From the NCBI GenBank assembly GCA_030264375.1, contig JASCQW010000061.1:105254367-105318366 (forward strand): a stretch of 64,000 nt of DNA, written 5' to 3'. This stretch comes from Carcharhinus longimanus. Lineage: Eukaryota. Shown here in pieces: positions 1 to 12,790 of the stretch; within the stretch, counting starts at the first letter, position 1; every line of letters begins with the position of its first letter. Position numbers and translations under genes: made by a program. The notes under the pieces are model-generated. The model was not told where the DNA came from and did no database searches. It saw only the letters and a program-made list of their open reading frames with translations.

Positions 1-849
1 CTCCACCTTGCGCTTTTGTGTACTTCACTAATGCTTCTGTTGATTTGCTCCCCTTGTACCTGCTAAAAGACTCTCTTTCCCTTCTCATAATACTCCTGGC
101 ATTAAAATAGAGGATTAACAAAAAGGATAATCATTGAGAAGCAGCACATTCATGTGTGATGAATTGTCAGCGCTTCCAAGCATGCTGATCATGATTACAG
201 AGAGTTTGGACAATCTGTGTCCAGCATTAGTAGGATCACAGGGTATTGTGAGAAGGGCTTCTTGCATGGGGAAGTTAACAATTCTAAGCATCATCAAACA
301 TGCAGTGAAATTCATACATGAGTGGAATCTCCTGTCCTCTCTTGTGGCATATTTGGAGGCAGAGAGGGTATTTAATTGGGTGGGAGGATGATGAGTGAGC
401 ACCCTGCAGCCTTCCTGCCTCCAACACGATTACGCCTCAGGTAAAAGCATGTGGTCGACATTCCCATTCCCATCCTCGTCGTCTCCATAGGACTCCACCC
501 CATGCATGCCTTAATCATGGTCATTGTGCTCTGTATGCCAGAATGTTTGCTGCCGTTCCCAGGACAACAGATAATTTAGCCTTCACCTTACAGTGCTCCA
601 CTACTATGCATCAACTGAGTGTTAGCAATGAAGTGTGCCAGGTCCTCAATTGGGATGATGACAAATGGGGATGTAGAAGTCAGGACTGCGCTCAAATGCT
701 TCAATGTTTTACCCTTTGTTTCCACCATTTAGAACCCACATGCTGATCAGAATCCCAATATCTGGCTTGGGTGCAGATGGAGCTGTCTTTTGGGGTATCT
801 TCCATATCAGAATTATCCAAAGATGATATGCAATTAGTACATTATTCCT

Positions 850-1750
850 CTGGTAGATCAAAACCTTGCTGCTGCACAATGTTGTGTAAAATCTATCACA
901 CTACAACCATGTTAGTCACCCTGGCTAGTGCATACTAAAGGATGCCGTAAGACCCTTTGAGTCACCTGAACTGTATCTTCAACGTACCAATGGTTTCTTC
1001 AATAATGCATCCAGAGGTCGCGTAGCATTTGTCAGGTTTTTGATTGGTGCAGTCAGCCAAGTTTGAAGTGGGTATATTTAAACTCCAATTAATCATCCCT
1101 TTAGTCTGTTGCAGGTCCAAGATGTTGCAGGATGAGTGCAACATGACAGCTCCCCCAGAATCTGGTGCACAGCTGCAGAAATATCTTTGTGGTTGCACAC
1201 CAGCTGTACAACCCTTGAGGTTGATAAATGCTGTTGGCTGATCTGGGAATGTGTGGATTGCACTGCACTTGTGGGAAGCCAACTCATTCTGATTGGCAAC
1301 ATCATAGGTAAAGTTTATAAAATAGCCTGCCCTGGTAAATAATTTATCAGCCATCTGTCTTGTGCGTTGTTTTCTGGCAGAGCCCTGGAAGAATCTGGAG
1401 GCAAAAAAATATTGAGGGTGGCAGCCACTTTGCTGGTGATGGTAACACGTGGCCAGCCATCAGATCCAGCATGAACCAGTTCTTATGGCCAGAGGTTGCA
1501 GATGTCAGCTTCCTGATGTGTAAACAACTTAGCCTCTGCCAGAATACCCGCTTCTGTGAGTAGTCTGCACCCTCTGCTGCTCTCCCTCTGCTAACCAGCT
1601 GCAGACGTCTCAACAACAGGCTGCTGCTGCTGCTGATCATGTTTCTCCTTGCCTGAGATCTAGTCCAAGTAAACCAAGTACCATCCATCCTGATGTGATA
1701 CAGAAAATCGCCAAAGTAAACTCTCAGCAAAAGTTGTAGAAAGAAACCTT
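850..1750 (-). mobile_element. Degenerate PIF/Harbinger (HARBI1-like DDE) transposase remnant
   Basis: Frameshifted minus-strand translations give GHVLPSPAKVAATLNIFASRFFQG, FINLKG, IIEETIGTLKIQFR and ...VVV*xILHNI. These resemble Harbinger transposase motifs (ALPVAVKVTAALNFFASGSFQ, FVNRKG, IEQTIGLLKxRFRCL, CCxLHN). Boundaries approximate. Confidence 0.7.
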
Positions 1751-3449
1751 TCCCACTAGTTAGTAAGAAAGCACCTGCAAGTAGTGAGTATTTGTTGGAA
1801 ACTTTCTGCGAATTTGATTTAACTCTCTCAATTGCCATTGCATTCTTGTCTTGTTTTCAACAGTGTATTTCAGGAACCCCAGAAAACCTATAGGTGCAAC
1901 ATTAAACTTAAAACTGGTGAAATAACTTTCCAGTTGAATGATTTTCATAGTGTTAGGCAACACAAATCTCCCAAAAGTACGCAGCAATCCCTGATGTTCT
2001 TGTGTTAAACACGGGAGGATGTAAGTGGATTGGAGCTGGCTTCTAGTCATGGTCATATTTTTGAAAGANNNNNNNNNNNNNNNNNNNNNNNNNNNNNNNN
2101 NNNNNNNNNNNNNNNNNNNNNNNNNNNNNNNNNNNNNNNNNNNNNNNNNNNNNNNNNNNNNNNNNNNNTTGAAAGATTTAATGCTCAACCCACACCCAAA
2201 CCGATCCACTCCTCCAGATCAAAACTCCCCTCCTTTGCATAGCTTGAGCGAACGATAAAAGAAGTTGAAGGAACCAGTTGGAACAGAGATAAGCGCAAAC
2301 AGCCTGAAATTACCTGAGAAACCCGAACACTCTAAGTTATGTATTGCATTCTCTAAAAGGTTTTGTGTGCCAGGATATTCAATCTATATGACTAACAATA
2401 AATTTGCTCTCACTAATAACATAGCTAAAAGCTCGAAAAAGATTGAAGACTAATCAAGTCACCGTTTTTAAAGCCTGAGGTGTCTGAACTGCAGATAATA
2501 GGCTATATGGGGCTTTAACTCTGATGATTTCACAGACATTCACGCAACTGAATTATATCCCTACTTATAACGGGTGGTTCTGGGATCTAACAGTGAGCAG
2601 CAATCACAGGGAGCGTAGTTGAAAACATTGAATTTGTGTAACCTGTGATTTTTCATCTATTAAAATAATTGATTTGTCAGCTGCTCTCCTTGCTTAGTGC
2701 ACTGGATCATGGACTGACCTCTCGATCTTTCTTACTTTCTTGCTTGTGCTGTTTACATTTGACAGGCCTAGAATTTTGGAAAGGGCTGTTCCTGGCGCTC
2801 TTGCCCCAGTATCTCCAGACCAAATTATACATTCCTTTCTGCAGCTTAGAAAAAATGCAAAGAAGTGTGAAAATCTAAATGCCCCTAAGTATGTAGAAAC
2901 GTTATCTCTAGCTAAAGGGCTGCTGAAGAATCTGTGATTGTTTTTTAAAATGAAAGACAGAATTACAAATCTTTTATCTCACTTTAATTTTCTGCTTCAG
3001 TTACGTGCCAATATTTAGTCTCCTTCAGCCACATAGGTTTGAGAGCTGTACGCATGATTTGCTCCTTGAAAGCCTTTTTGAACACTTGCACTTCCATTTG
3101 ACCAACTGGTGATGTTAGCGCTCAACAGAGTGCATACTAAGCATATTGAAGTTTCATTTAGTAGCCAAATTGTTGTGGTTTGGAGTTCAAACTCATAATC
3201 ATCTCATTATTGCTTTTGCTGCTGGTTCTATATTTTATTTAATTGTAAAATCCAAGGTATTTTTTGAGGCGTTTGTGCTTCATATATGAGTCCAAGTTGT
3301 TTCTTTTTGGATGTGTTTGTAGAGCAATGGTCATAGATGTCTCTTCAGCCACTGCTAATATACAACTATTAGGGTACTGAAAATTATCAAAAGGTCTTAT
3401 GGAAAGCAGGCCTTTATACCTACAATAATACAATTCAAGAGGGTGTAGT

Positions 3450-4025
3450 TAATGATTCAGCTGTACAAGTCCCGGTTAGATGGCCCCTCAAGCTCTGTGA
3501 GCAATTCTGGGCACCACACCTTCAGACTTGGAGCTAGTGTAGATTCTTAAGAGTTAAGCTACTTATTCTTAAGAGTGATTAAACCAACTAGGTTGTATTC
3601 CCTGGAATTTAAAATGTTGAAGGATGATTTGTTCCGTTTTTAAGGTATTAAAAGGGAACAGATTGCATGGACAGACAGAAATTATTTCCACTAGTTGAAG
3701 AATCTGGGATTAGGGTTTGGGGTGGAATAGGTTAATGGGCACAGGTATAGGTGACGTAGCCATAAATTAGAGCTACCCCTTTAGGGGTGAAATTAATAGA
3801 TACTTATTCATGCAGAGCGTGCTAAACATTTGGAATTCTCTTCAATAGACTGCAATTGATGTTAGATGGGTTAGTTTTAATTCTGAGATTGATAGTTTTT
3901 TGTTAGTCAAAGGCATTAAGTGAAATGGGGCAAAGGCAAGCATATGGAATTACAATTGGTCACATTAGCCATGGTGTCACTGAATGGCAAGGAGCTTAAT
4001 GGCTCACTTCTATTCCTATGCTGCA
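3450..4025 (+). mobile_element. CR1-type LINE 3' fragment (degenerate)
   Basis: ctgtacaagtcccggttaga...caattctgggcaccacacc (LYKxLVRPxLEYCxQFWAPH-like), ending in a typical CR1 3' tail (gaatggcaaggagcttaatggctcacttctattcctatg). Confidence 0.7.
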
Positions 4026-4943
4026 CTGTATTAGACAGCACATCAGTTTGCAGCCTAGAATGAGATGTTTCTCCATCAATTCTTACACCACACCTCCCCT
4101 GCCTCAGCCTCATCTCATTTTAATAGCACAGGCAGAGCATTCATCTATTAATCTAAACTCACGTGGTAGTTGAAAGAATATAGTGAGAAATATAGTGAAT
4201 GCTATATTCTTTGCACAGTTTATGACATGTAAAGTTGAACTGCATCATTGAAATTGTCTCTTGCACAATGAGGTGTTTGTCGAAGGGAATCAAATTTGAC
4301 TGATGTTGCGGGGTTAGATTCCGCTTTGGCTTCTGTACCACTGAAGCAAAAGTAGAATCAATGCCAAACTTTGAAGTTCTAGATTAGTTCATGCGTACAA
4401 ACTGATTACAACTAATTTCAGATAAGAAACCAAAATGAAAGGATATAAATGGATATCAAAGTTAGATTTGTTTACCCATATGGTCTGTGTATCATCTGCC
4501 TGGCATACAAGAGGAAATGGTACAAATCAATCACCTTATTACCACTGCTGATTATATTACTGTGATGTAGAAGATTAACAATTTCAGACTAGTAATAAAG
4601 GCAAATAAATTTGCTTATTCTAGTGATTGTATAGATATGACACACAGCTCATGTTTAGTCTGCTGTTTTGGATTTTCCATAGCCATCATCTAGAAAATAA
4701 CATTAACAGATTTGCTTTTTATTTACATCAAGTCTGTATTCAATTTCTAATTAAAGTTGTTTATGGTATACACATTTTTAAGCATTACTTTTAAACTGTT
4801 ATTTTAAAGAGATGTTACACTTTTTATTGAATTACATAGACTTTTAAAAAATGGTTTGGATCTGTTTGGTACTTTCCAATGTAGATCAGTACGCTTAAAT
4901 ATTTCCACTTAAGATCTGAAATGTTGGGCAATTCTGGAAGAGT

Positions 4944-6046
4944 GGGGGCGATTCTCCCAAAAGTGCTGAATTGGTGGCAATTGGTAGATCACGACTGTTT
5001 TTTCAGTGCAGCTTCTCACTCAAATCTCTGCACTCTGTGCACTGCAGAGGTCACATTTGGAAATCTCATAAAAAAGCCGGGGGGGCGGGGCTGATTCGTG
5101 CCAGAGCCTGACAGCTCCGGAACTTTACGCTCATGCAGTGGTCCCGATCTGTCAGTCTCCCGTTTACTGGCGAGCTCGATTGCTGGCGTGCCTGGGACCC
5201 CCAGCAGTGGTGCATCTCCAGCAGCAGCACCCCCTCCCCCCCCCCCAACCACCGCTGCCCATGGCCTGATNNNNNNNNNNNNNNNNNNNNNNNNNNNNNN
5301 NNNNNNNNNNNNNNNNNNNNNNNNNNNNNNNNNNNNNNNNNNNNNNNNNNNNNNNNNNNNNNNNNNNNNNNNNNNNNNNNNNNNNNNNNNNNNNNNNNNN
5401 NNNNNNNNNNNNNNNNNNNNNNNNNNNNNNNNNNNNNNNCCAGGTGGACCAACCTACCCGCCCCCAGCCCTCCCCGATCGCTGGTGTCCCTCCAGCCCAG
5501 ACCAAGTCCCATCGATTGCCCCTAGGCCCTGTCCACAATAGGCCCTGCCCCCTTGGCACTGCCCAGTGCCTGGTGGGCAGTGCCAAGGTGCCCCCTGGAC
5601 ATGGGCACTTTGCCCCTTGGGTACTGCCAGGTGGCACAGGCTGGCACTGTCAGCATGCCCGTGGCCAGGTGGCACCCCCCCTTTGGCCTACACCCTAGAA
5701 GGCCCTGATTGCACTCCACCTTTATTCCAACTGGGTTTCCCACTCATTGCCCGAACATGGGAATCTACTCTAAACCCCAGCGGAATGACGTACTGCTGGT
5801 GGGGTGGGAAATTCAATTGGGCCCATCAAGTTCCTGATAATCACATGCAAAATATATTAAAAAAAGATTCAAATCACTTAGCTGTCTTCCAGCGTGGTCT
5901 TGAGTCCGACTGTTCTCTGGCTCTGGGAGATGCGCATGCATCCCCAGTGCATGCGTAAATGCCGGGAGGGGAGAAAAGCCAGCAACGCGCATCTCCCAGC
6001 CCGACCCACCAAAAAAGTTGTGGGTTGTGATGGGAGAATTGCCTCC
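4944..6046. mobile_element. Non-autonomous TIR DNA transposon, probably PIF/Harbinger-derived, about 1.1 kb including a gap
   Basis: Terminal inverted repeats gggggcgattctccc (4944-4958) and gggagaattgcctcc (6032-6046) match at 13/15. Flanked by AGT (4941-4943) and AGT (6047-6049), a 3-bp target-site duplication. GC-rich interior with ggcac/gtgcc sub-repeats. Confidence 0.7.
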
Positions 6047-7319
6047 AGTATTTCACATATTAGTAGCAGCAACACCACGGTTTCAATTTCTGACAGCAAA
6101 ATTTGTGTTTGAATAAATAAAAATGATAATGATATAATGGTGCTAAATGCACAAATTGAACCAATGAGAAAGACTGCCCAAACATACAAGAACTGGGTGC
6201 CTGACCTCCTCAAGAGAGAATTCCTTCTTCAGACAGAAGTGGTGAATTGATTGTCATTACGCAGGAATTACAGGACATAGTGCCAGTGAGAAAATTGAAT
6301 CTTCCTTGGCAAACAGAAAAATGAAGAATTGCAATCTGACAAATTTGATGTCTCATCAAGAAGCATGAATCTGAGACTAATTAATCACCTGGGCCCACTG
6401 AAGATTGGAAGGTCAGGGAAATATATGCATTCAATGCATTACGCTGAACCCATTTATAATATCACTTTCTTCCAACTATCATCTTGGGAAAGTTACAATA
6501 AGATGGAGAAACTTCATCCTTAGAGGGGAAGATGATCACTTTCATTATCTGGATGGTTTGGTAGGGATCCACAGTCCCATGCACTTATTGGACTTGCCAC
6601 ATATTCAAATTAAAATGTAAGATTTTCCTGAGTGCATTTTAATAATTCTTTGCCCTCTGTCTTTTACACTGATTGTATTTCCAGTTAATATGAGGCTAAT
6701 TAAAAACTCCTACTATTATGCCTTCATTGTTTATGCATTTGTCAGAAATTTGCCTACAAATGTGCTCTTCAATTCCCCTATTTGTTTGGAGGCCTATCAT
6801 ACACCTCAACAGTGTGATTGCCACTTCTTCAGCTCCTTAGTTCAACATATATTGCTTCATTTGAACATCTTTTTCTCAAAGCTGTAATGTTTCTTTAAGT
6901 AATATTTATACTCCATCTGCTTTTTTATCCCCCTTGCTATCTTGCCTGAAAACCTTGTAACCAGGTATGTTAAACTGCCATTCTCGCTCTTCGCCAAGCT
7001 ATATTTCAGTAATAAGCTAAAAAAAATTATACTTCCTCACATCTATCCATGGGCTCACCTGCCTTATCCACTACTTTTTGCATTTAGGTATTTACCATTA
7101 AGCACAAATCAACTTTTTTTATTATTTTTCAACTCTTGTTTTCCCTGCCTTCTAAACTCTTGCTAATTTTCCGCCCTCCATTTCCTGTTTTTTTTTCTAC
7201 CTTCTGAATATATACTCAACTTCCCATCCCCCTGCCTAGATAATTACAATCCTCCTCAACTGCCCAAGCAAACAAGAAAATTCTGCAGCCTGCTGAACAC
7301 AACCCACCTTTCTGTATTC

Positions 7320-7700
7320 TTTCATGGGATGTGGGTTTCACTGACAAAGTTAGCANNNNNNNNNNNNNNNNNNNNNNNNNNNNNNNNNNNNNNNNNNNNN
7401 NNNNNNNNNNNNNNNNNNNNNNNNNNNNNNNNNNNNNNNNNNNNNNNNNNNNNNNCATTTGTTGCCCATCAGGACAGTTAAAAGTCAACCATGTTTCTGT
7501 GGTAAAACAGCAGGTCATCTTCCCTAAAGGATTATTAGTGATTGAGATGGATCTTTACGATAATTGGTCGCCATTACTGAGACAGTCATTATATTCCAGA
7601 TCTAACAATTTAATATAAAATCTATCAACTTCCCCAGAGTATGATCCTGAGCTTTTGGATTACTAGTTTAGTGACACTACCACTATGCCATCATTTCCCC
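7320..7700 (-). mobile_element. Shark tRNA-derived SINE (SacSINE1/Deu-like), gap inside
   Basis: Shares ttcatgggatgtggg...gtcaaccatgtt...cttccctaaagga...ccactatgccatc with the copy at 48490-48865. Confidence 0.55.
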
Positions 7701-8320
7701 TTATTGTTATATAGATCTCACCTTCCCCAGAACCAATGCCCCAAGTATCCAAAGTCCTACCTCCTGCTATATTTCAGTAAGAAGCTTAAAAAATTAGCTT
7801 ATTTTCTCTCCAGCCATACATTCATCTGCTCGATGCTCCTATTTTTGTATTTATTAGCACACAGCACTGGGGATAATCCTGAAATTACTACCTTTGAAGT
7901 CCTACTTCTTAATCACTTTCCTAACTCCTTTAAAATTTGCCTGCAGGTTCTCAAACCTTTTTCTACCTATTGCAATTGATACCAATGTGGACCATGACCT
8001 CTGGCTGTTCACTCTCTTCTTCCAGAATATTCCAAAGCTACTTGGTGATATCCTTGATCCTGACACCAAGGAAGTGACATGCCATCCTGGAATCTGTTAC
8101 CAGAGAAAGGTCTCTACTCAGTGATAGTGTCCCCTATAAGTATAACTCACTTGAGCTTTCTCTTCCCTCCCTTTACTAGTGATCCATCCAATGTATTATG
8201 GTGATGGCTCTAGCTGTGCTCCCCAGAGGAACTCTGTCCTCCCATCAGTATTTAGAACTGAATATGAGGTGCTCTTGGGTCTCTCCTGAACACCTTGCCT
8301 GCTCATATTTGTCTGACTGA
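7700..8320 (-). mobile_element. CR1 LINE ORF1 (esterase/SGNH-like) remnant
   Basis: Reverse complement reads ataggggacactatc...gattccaggatggcatgtcacttccttggtgtcaggatcaaggatatc = IGDT...DSRMACHFLGVRIKDI, resembling CR1 ORF1 IGDSIVRG...DSRMVCCLPGARVKDI. Confidence 0.55.
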
Positions 8321-9579
8321 AAACACAGAAGCCAGATCGAAATAGGAAATTTCCTTTATAAAAGGGCAGTTGATTCAAAATTGCTAATCATCTGAACAGA
8401 GCAAAACTTTGTAATTTGACAACATTATCCATTGCTTAGAAATTGATTCAATTGGACATTCCGTTCTCAAGCAAGATGAAAAGAATTCCAGGTGCATTTC
8501 AGCCACCATATGCAGTACTAAGATTATAAGACCCAATTTCACGATACTGGATCAGTCCAATATTAATTCTAGAGCCAATTGACTAACAGCAGATAATCCT
8601 GTCAGGCTCACTGCCCAGCAAAGGATACCAAAAGTCTCTTCCAAGTGAGGTGTGGGTGCCTATTAGCATGCTACATTGCTCTGTGTGCTTTACATGCTTG
8701 TCAGAGGCAAGTCTAAAACTTACAGGGTATTACTTGACTAAATTCCAGTAGAGTTGTTTGAAATTGAACATAATGTGGTGCTGGTTTCTGTTAGCAAACA
8801 CGTCTATGTTAACATTTAAAAAGGATACAGTCTCTTCAGGTGTTTTTGTATTAATATTCAAGTTGATATTCTGTTCACTAATCTTATTCTTCCTGTTCAC
8901 TGTCCTTCTTTCATGGATTTTTTGCAAATATATAAAATGTACTTTTTTTTTCCTAATGTGTCTTCTTGGCTTTCGTAAAGATTTTTAATACAATGCAGTT
9001 TGAAATAAAAAGGTTTCAAAATTACATCTTTCATTGTTTCAATCTGTGAGTAACACTGTCTTTCAATTATTATTGCCAGCCTTTTGTAAAGATGCTAATA
9101 ATTCTCAAAGTCTTATTCTCAGTGCTGCAACCATTAACTGCCCCCAAAAGACAAGAACTATATAATGTTTATATGCTTCTAATATTATTTTGTGATCTAA
9201 ATATAAATATAAGTAGAAAGAAAGATTTGAAAACTCAGTGAAACATGAGCATTTGAAATATAAAAATCAATGATTCTGGTTGGAATGGTGACAACTTTGG
9301 GAGCAGGTTGCTATCCTGCCCACTTGATCACAGTTGGTTTGTCGGCCATGTAATGAAAAACTAGAGGGGATTTACTCTCAAATTCAATTAAAAGATTAGA
9401 ATGCAGTACTGATGAGATTTGGCAACTGAACTAGTGATTCTGAAGTTGAATTTGTGCCAAGCAACCATTTTTTGATGCACATAAATATCTAACTCCTTGC
9501 TATTCAATAAAGTCTGTAATTTCCGTTTCTGTCCTTCCTGTACCTTCCTCCTCTGCACTTATGTGTTTGATTCTCACAG

Positions 9580-9647
9580 GGGACGTGGATTACTACTGGC
9601 TGGACCATGCGTCTTGGCATAGCAGTGAGGCATCCCCAATGTCTTTG
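9580..9647 (+). CDS. RIMS2: RIMS2 alternative exon A (68 nt, phase 1 to 0): DVDYYWLDHASWHSSEASPMSL
   Basis: ttctcacag|GG...TTG|gtgaga. The peptide matches, from memory, the RIM segment just upstream of the PDZ domain. Confidence 0.92.
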
Positions 9648-9749
9648 GTGAGACATGTGGAGCCTTAACATTCAGTTTCTTTTCATTTCACTTTCCTTTG
9701 TTTTATTTATGCCTTTGCATGTTTCTTTTTTTTTATCCCATGCCTGTAG

Positions 9750-9958
9750 GGAACAGTCAAAGGGGAAAAAGAAAAACTAGTGAGCAGGCAGTATTGTCGG
9801 ACTCTAACACCTTGTCTGAGAGGCAAAAGAAAATGGTGCGATTTGGCGGCCACTCATTGGAAGAGGACTTGGAATGGTCTGAGCCTCAGATTAAAGACTC
9901 TGGGGTAGATACGTGCAGTAGCACAACACTAAACGAGGAACATAGCCATAGCGAGAAG
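9750..9958 (+). CDS. RIMS2: RIMS2 alternative exon B (209 nt, phase 1 to 0): NSQRGKRKTSEQAVLSDSN...DSGVDTCSSTTLNEEHSHSEK
   Basis: cctgtag|GG...AAG|gtacta. The peptide matches the RIM2 FGGHSLEEDLEWSEPQIKDSGVDTCSSTTLNEEHSHS segment. Confidence 0.95.
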
Positions 9959-10877
9959 GTACTAAGTCTGTATAGCCTGCATTCTACCTGCTCATTTGGT
10001 CTTCGTTTGCTCTCTGTCATTCAATGTAAAAGGACAGGGCCTTACAAAAAAAAACAAATGCACATAAAGGTGCAGATAAAAGAAAAAAATCTGGAGTCGC
10101 TTGCTTTATTGTTTGCTGTCCAGCAGCAGCAAAACTAAATACTTTTTTTTCCAAAATGCACAGGAATGTTCAGTGGTACAGTTGCATGGTAGACTTTTTT
10201 TAGAAACATCATGTGTTGTTGTTCTTCAGTGATACCTATGTTGTTGGAACTTCCCAAACCAATTTTGCTAATTAACCTAGCTTAAAGTGTCCACCTTAAA
10301 ATGATATTTTAAAATCAGACTAAGAGGAAAAGTTGGATCTGTTTTGCCGCAGAACTGTGTTTTTCTTTTTTCCCTTCCACTGTCATGTATGTGAACTTAT
10401 TTTGGTGCAGTGGCATTTTGGTAGGTGTTGTAACAGAACTGTTTATGCTGTCTGCTTTAGTACTTGCTGTTGCTTAAACCTGGTGATTGTGGTAGCTGGT
10501 TTTGGTGATGATTCCTGACCTGGGAGTTGGGTGGTATTACTGAGAAGTCTTGCCCCTGTCTGCTTATTTCTTTGCATGGAGCATGAATTAAAACAATGAA
10601 CGCCTGTAATTACACAAAATTTTAGAATGCCAAAATTGTGCGACAATGGAGATATCCCATTCTGGATTATTGCAGTGGCCCTAATGATAAAAAAAAAGTT
10701 CAGCTGTATAATTACCAAATTAAGCTGATTCTAATTGGATAGCGAAGCGTAAATATTTGTGTAATTACAGTGTTTTTTTTTCTAAATGGGGAAAGTGAAT
10801 CATAATTAAAGAAATGCTGTGACACACAGGAAAGTTTAGGTATTAAAGACCTATGTGTTATTGCTTTGACCTCATAG

Positions 10878-10997
10878 CATCCAGTGACATGGCAACCATC
10901 CAAAGATGGAGAGCGACTAATTGGTCGGATATTGTTAAATAAACGACTGAAAGATGGTAGTGTGCCTCGAGATTCTGGAGCGCTGCTGGGTCTGAAG
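10878..10997 (+). CDS. RIMS2: RIMS2 exon C (120 nt, phase 0 to 0), start of PDZ domain: HPVTWQPSKDGERLIGRILLNKRLKDGSVPRDSGALLGLK
   Basis: ctcatag|CAT...AAG|gtgagt; characteristic RIM PDZ N-terminus. Confidence 0.97.
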
Positions 10998-11194
10998 GTG
11001 AGTAACAATATATTACGTGTGGCTGCTTATAATTCTTAATATATTCGTTTCTGTGACAATTGAATGATATTTTATTCAAAGATGTTACACAGAGCCTGAA
11101 AGCTAGCACATTATTAAGAATTATCTAACCTTTAGCAGAAAAAATGTATTTTTCTTGCCATTTAACACATGCAAGAATATATTCTGTTGCATAG

Positions 11195-12790
11195 CTCATG
11201 CCACATTTCTTAAAGCAGAAAACTGTGGACACTGGAAACCTGAAATAAAAACAGAAAATACTGGAAACACTCAGCAGGTTGTGGCAGCATCAGCGGAGAG
11301 AAACGGGGTTAGCATTTCATCAGAGCTGGGAAAATTTGGAAATGTAACGCGTCATGAGCAAGGGATGGGTGAACAAGGACAAAAGGAAGGCGTGTGATCA
11401 GGTGAATACAGCAGAGTTTGAATGACAGAAGAGTTAGTCCACCAGGGCCAAAGGGAACAGAGATGGGGCAAGCAGAAAAACAAAACTTAAAAAAAGATAT
11501 GACTGGAGCACACGTGCTGCTGTATGAAAGCATAAAAAGAGAAGAAAACCAATTCAGAAAGAAAAGGAAACGCAAAGGGCACTCAGGTTATAGTCTGAAT
11601 CAACATTGAATCCAGAAGGCTGTAAAATGTCTAAGTGAAAAATGAAGTGCTGTTTTTCAACCTTCACTGAACCAATGGAGTTGGCCAAGGACAGAAATGT
11701 CAGCATGAGACCACACTGGAGAATTAAAATGTTAGGTCACTGGAAACTTAGGGTTGTGTTTGTGGACTGNNNNNNNNNNNNNNNNNNNNNNNNNNNNNNN
11801 NNNNNNNNNNNNNNNNNNNNNNNNNNNNNNNNNNNNNNNNNNNNNNNNNNNNNNNNNNNNNNNNNNNNNCTGAATGGAGGTGTTCCACAAAGCGATCATC
11901 CCAAGTCCAATTGGTCTCCCCAGTGTAGAGGAGAGTGTACTGTGAGCAGCAAATACTATTTACTGCATTGAAAGCAGTACATGTAAATTGTTGCTTCATT
12001 TTGAAGGAATGTTTGGGACCTTGGATAGTGAGGTGAGGAGAGGTAAAAGGACAGTTGTTACACCTTCTGCCTTTGCATGGAAAAGAGCCACTAGGATTGA
12101 GGGTGACTAAGGAGTATACCAGTGTACTACAATGTATACCAATGTATCACAGAGGAAACTGTCCCTTCAAAATGCTAAAAGGGGAGGGGAAGATCTTCTT
12201 GGTGGTGATATCATGCTGAAAATGGTGGAAAATAATCTGTTGAATATGGAAGCTCTTGGGGTGGAAGATGAGGACAAGGGGAACTCTTGTGGTTCTGAAA
12301 GGGAGGAGAAGGACTAACAGCGCAGGAGCAGGAAATGTGGCAGGCCATGTTGAAGGCCTTGTCAACCATGATGACAGGGGGAATCCACAGCTGAGGGAAA
12401 AAAGAAGACATCTCGGAAGTGCTGTTGTGGATGTTTTTCTCATCAGAACAGATGTCACTGAAACAGAAGGGATTGAGAGAATGGAATGGCATCCTTACAG
12501 GATTTAGGGTGTTAAGACATGTAGTTGAAGAAGCTGTGGGAGTCAGTAATCTTGTAGTGAATATTAGTTGATAGCCTATCACCAGAAATGGACACAGTGT
12601 TGGAGAAGGACCATGTAAAACTGAAAGAAGAGTAGAAATTGTAAAAAATGTTGATGAAGTCTTCAAATGCTGTGCGAGAACAGGGCGTAGTGCCAGTACA
12701 GTCATCAACATAATGGAAAAATATTTGCGGGTGGGGCCCTCAGTAGGACTGGAACAAAAAATGTTCAATATATCCTACAAAAGTGCAGAC
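11195..12790 (-). mobile_element. Penelope-like retroelement fragment (RT C-terminus, GIY-YIG endonuclease and pseudo-LTR)
   Basis: Minus-strand ICCSQYTLLYTGETNWTWDDRFVEHLHS resembles the Penelope GIY-YIG motif YIGETKRRLGDRFAEHLRS. CSDEKNIHNSTSEMSSFF resembles Penelope RT C-terminus. Terminal block acagaaaatactggaaacactcagcagg. Confidence 0.75.

Noticed and set aside
2069-2168. ORFs containing X runs across N-gaps
   Set aside because: Artefacts of translating assembly gaps.
9698-10138. 146-aa ORF as a standalone gene
   Set aside because: It is RIMS2 exon B plus read-through into the flanking intron.
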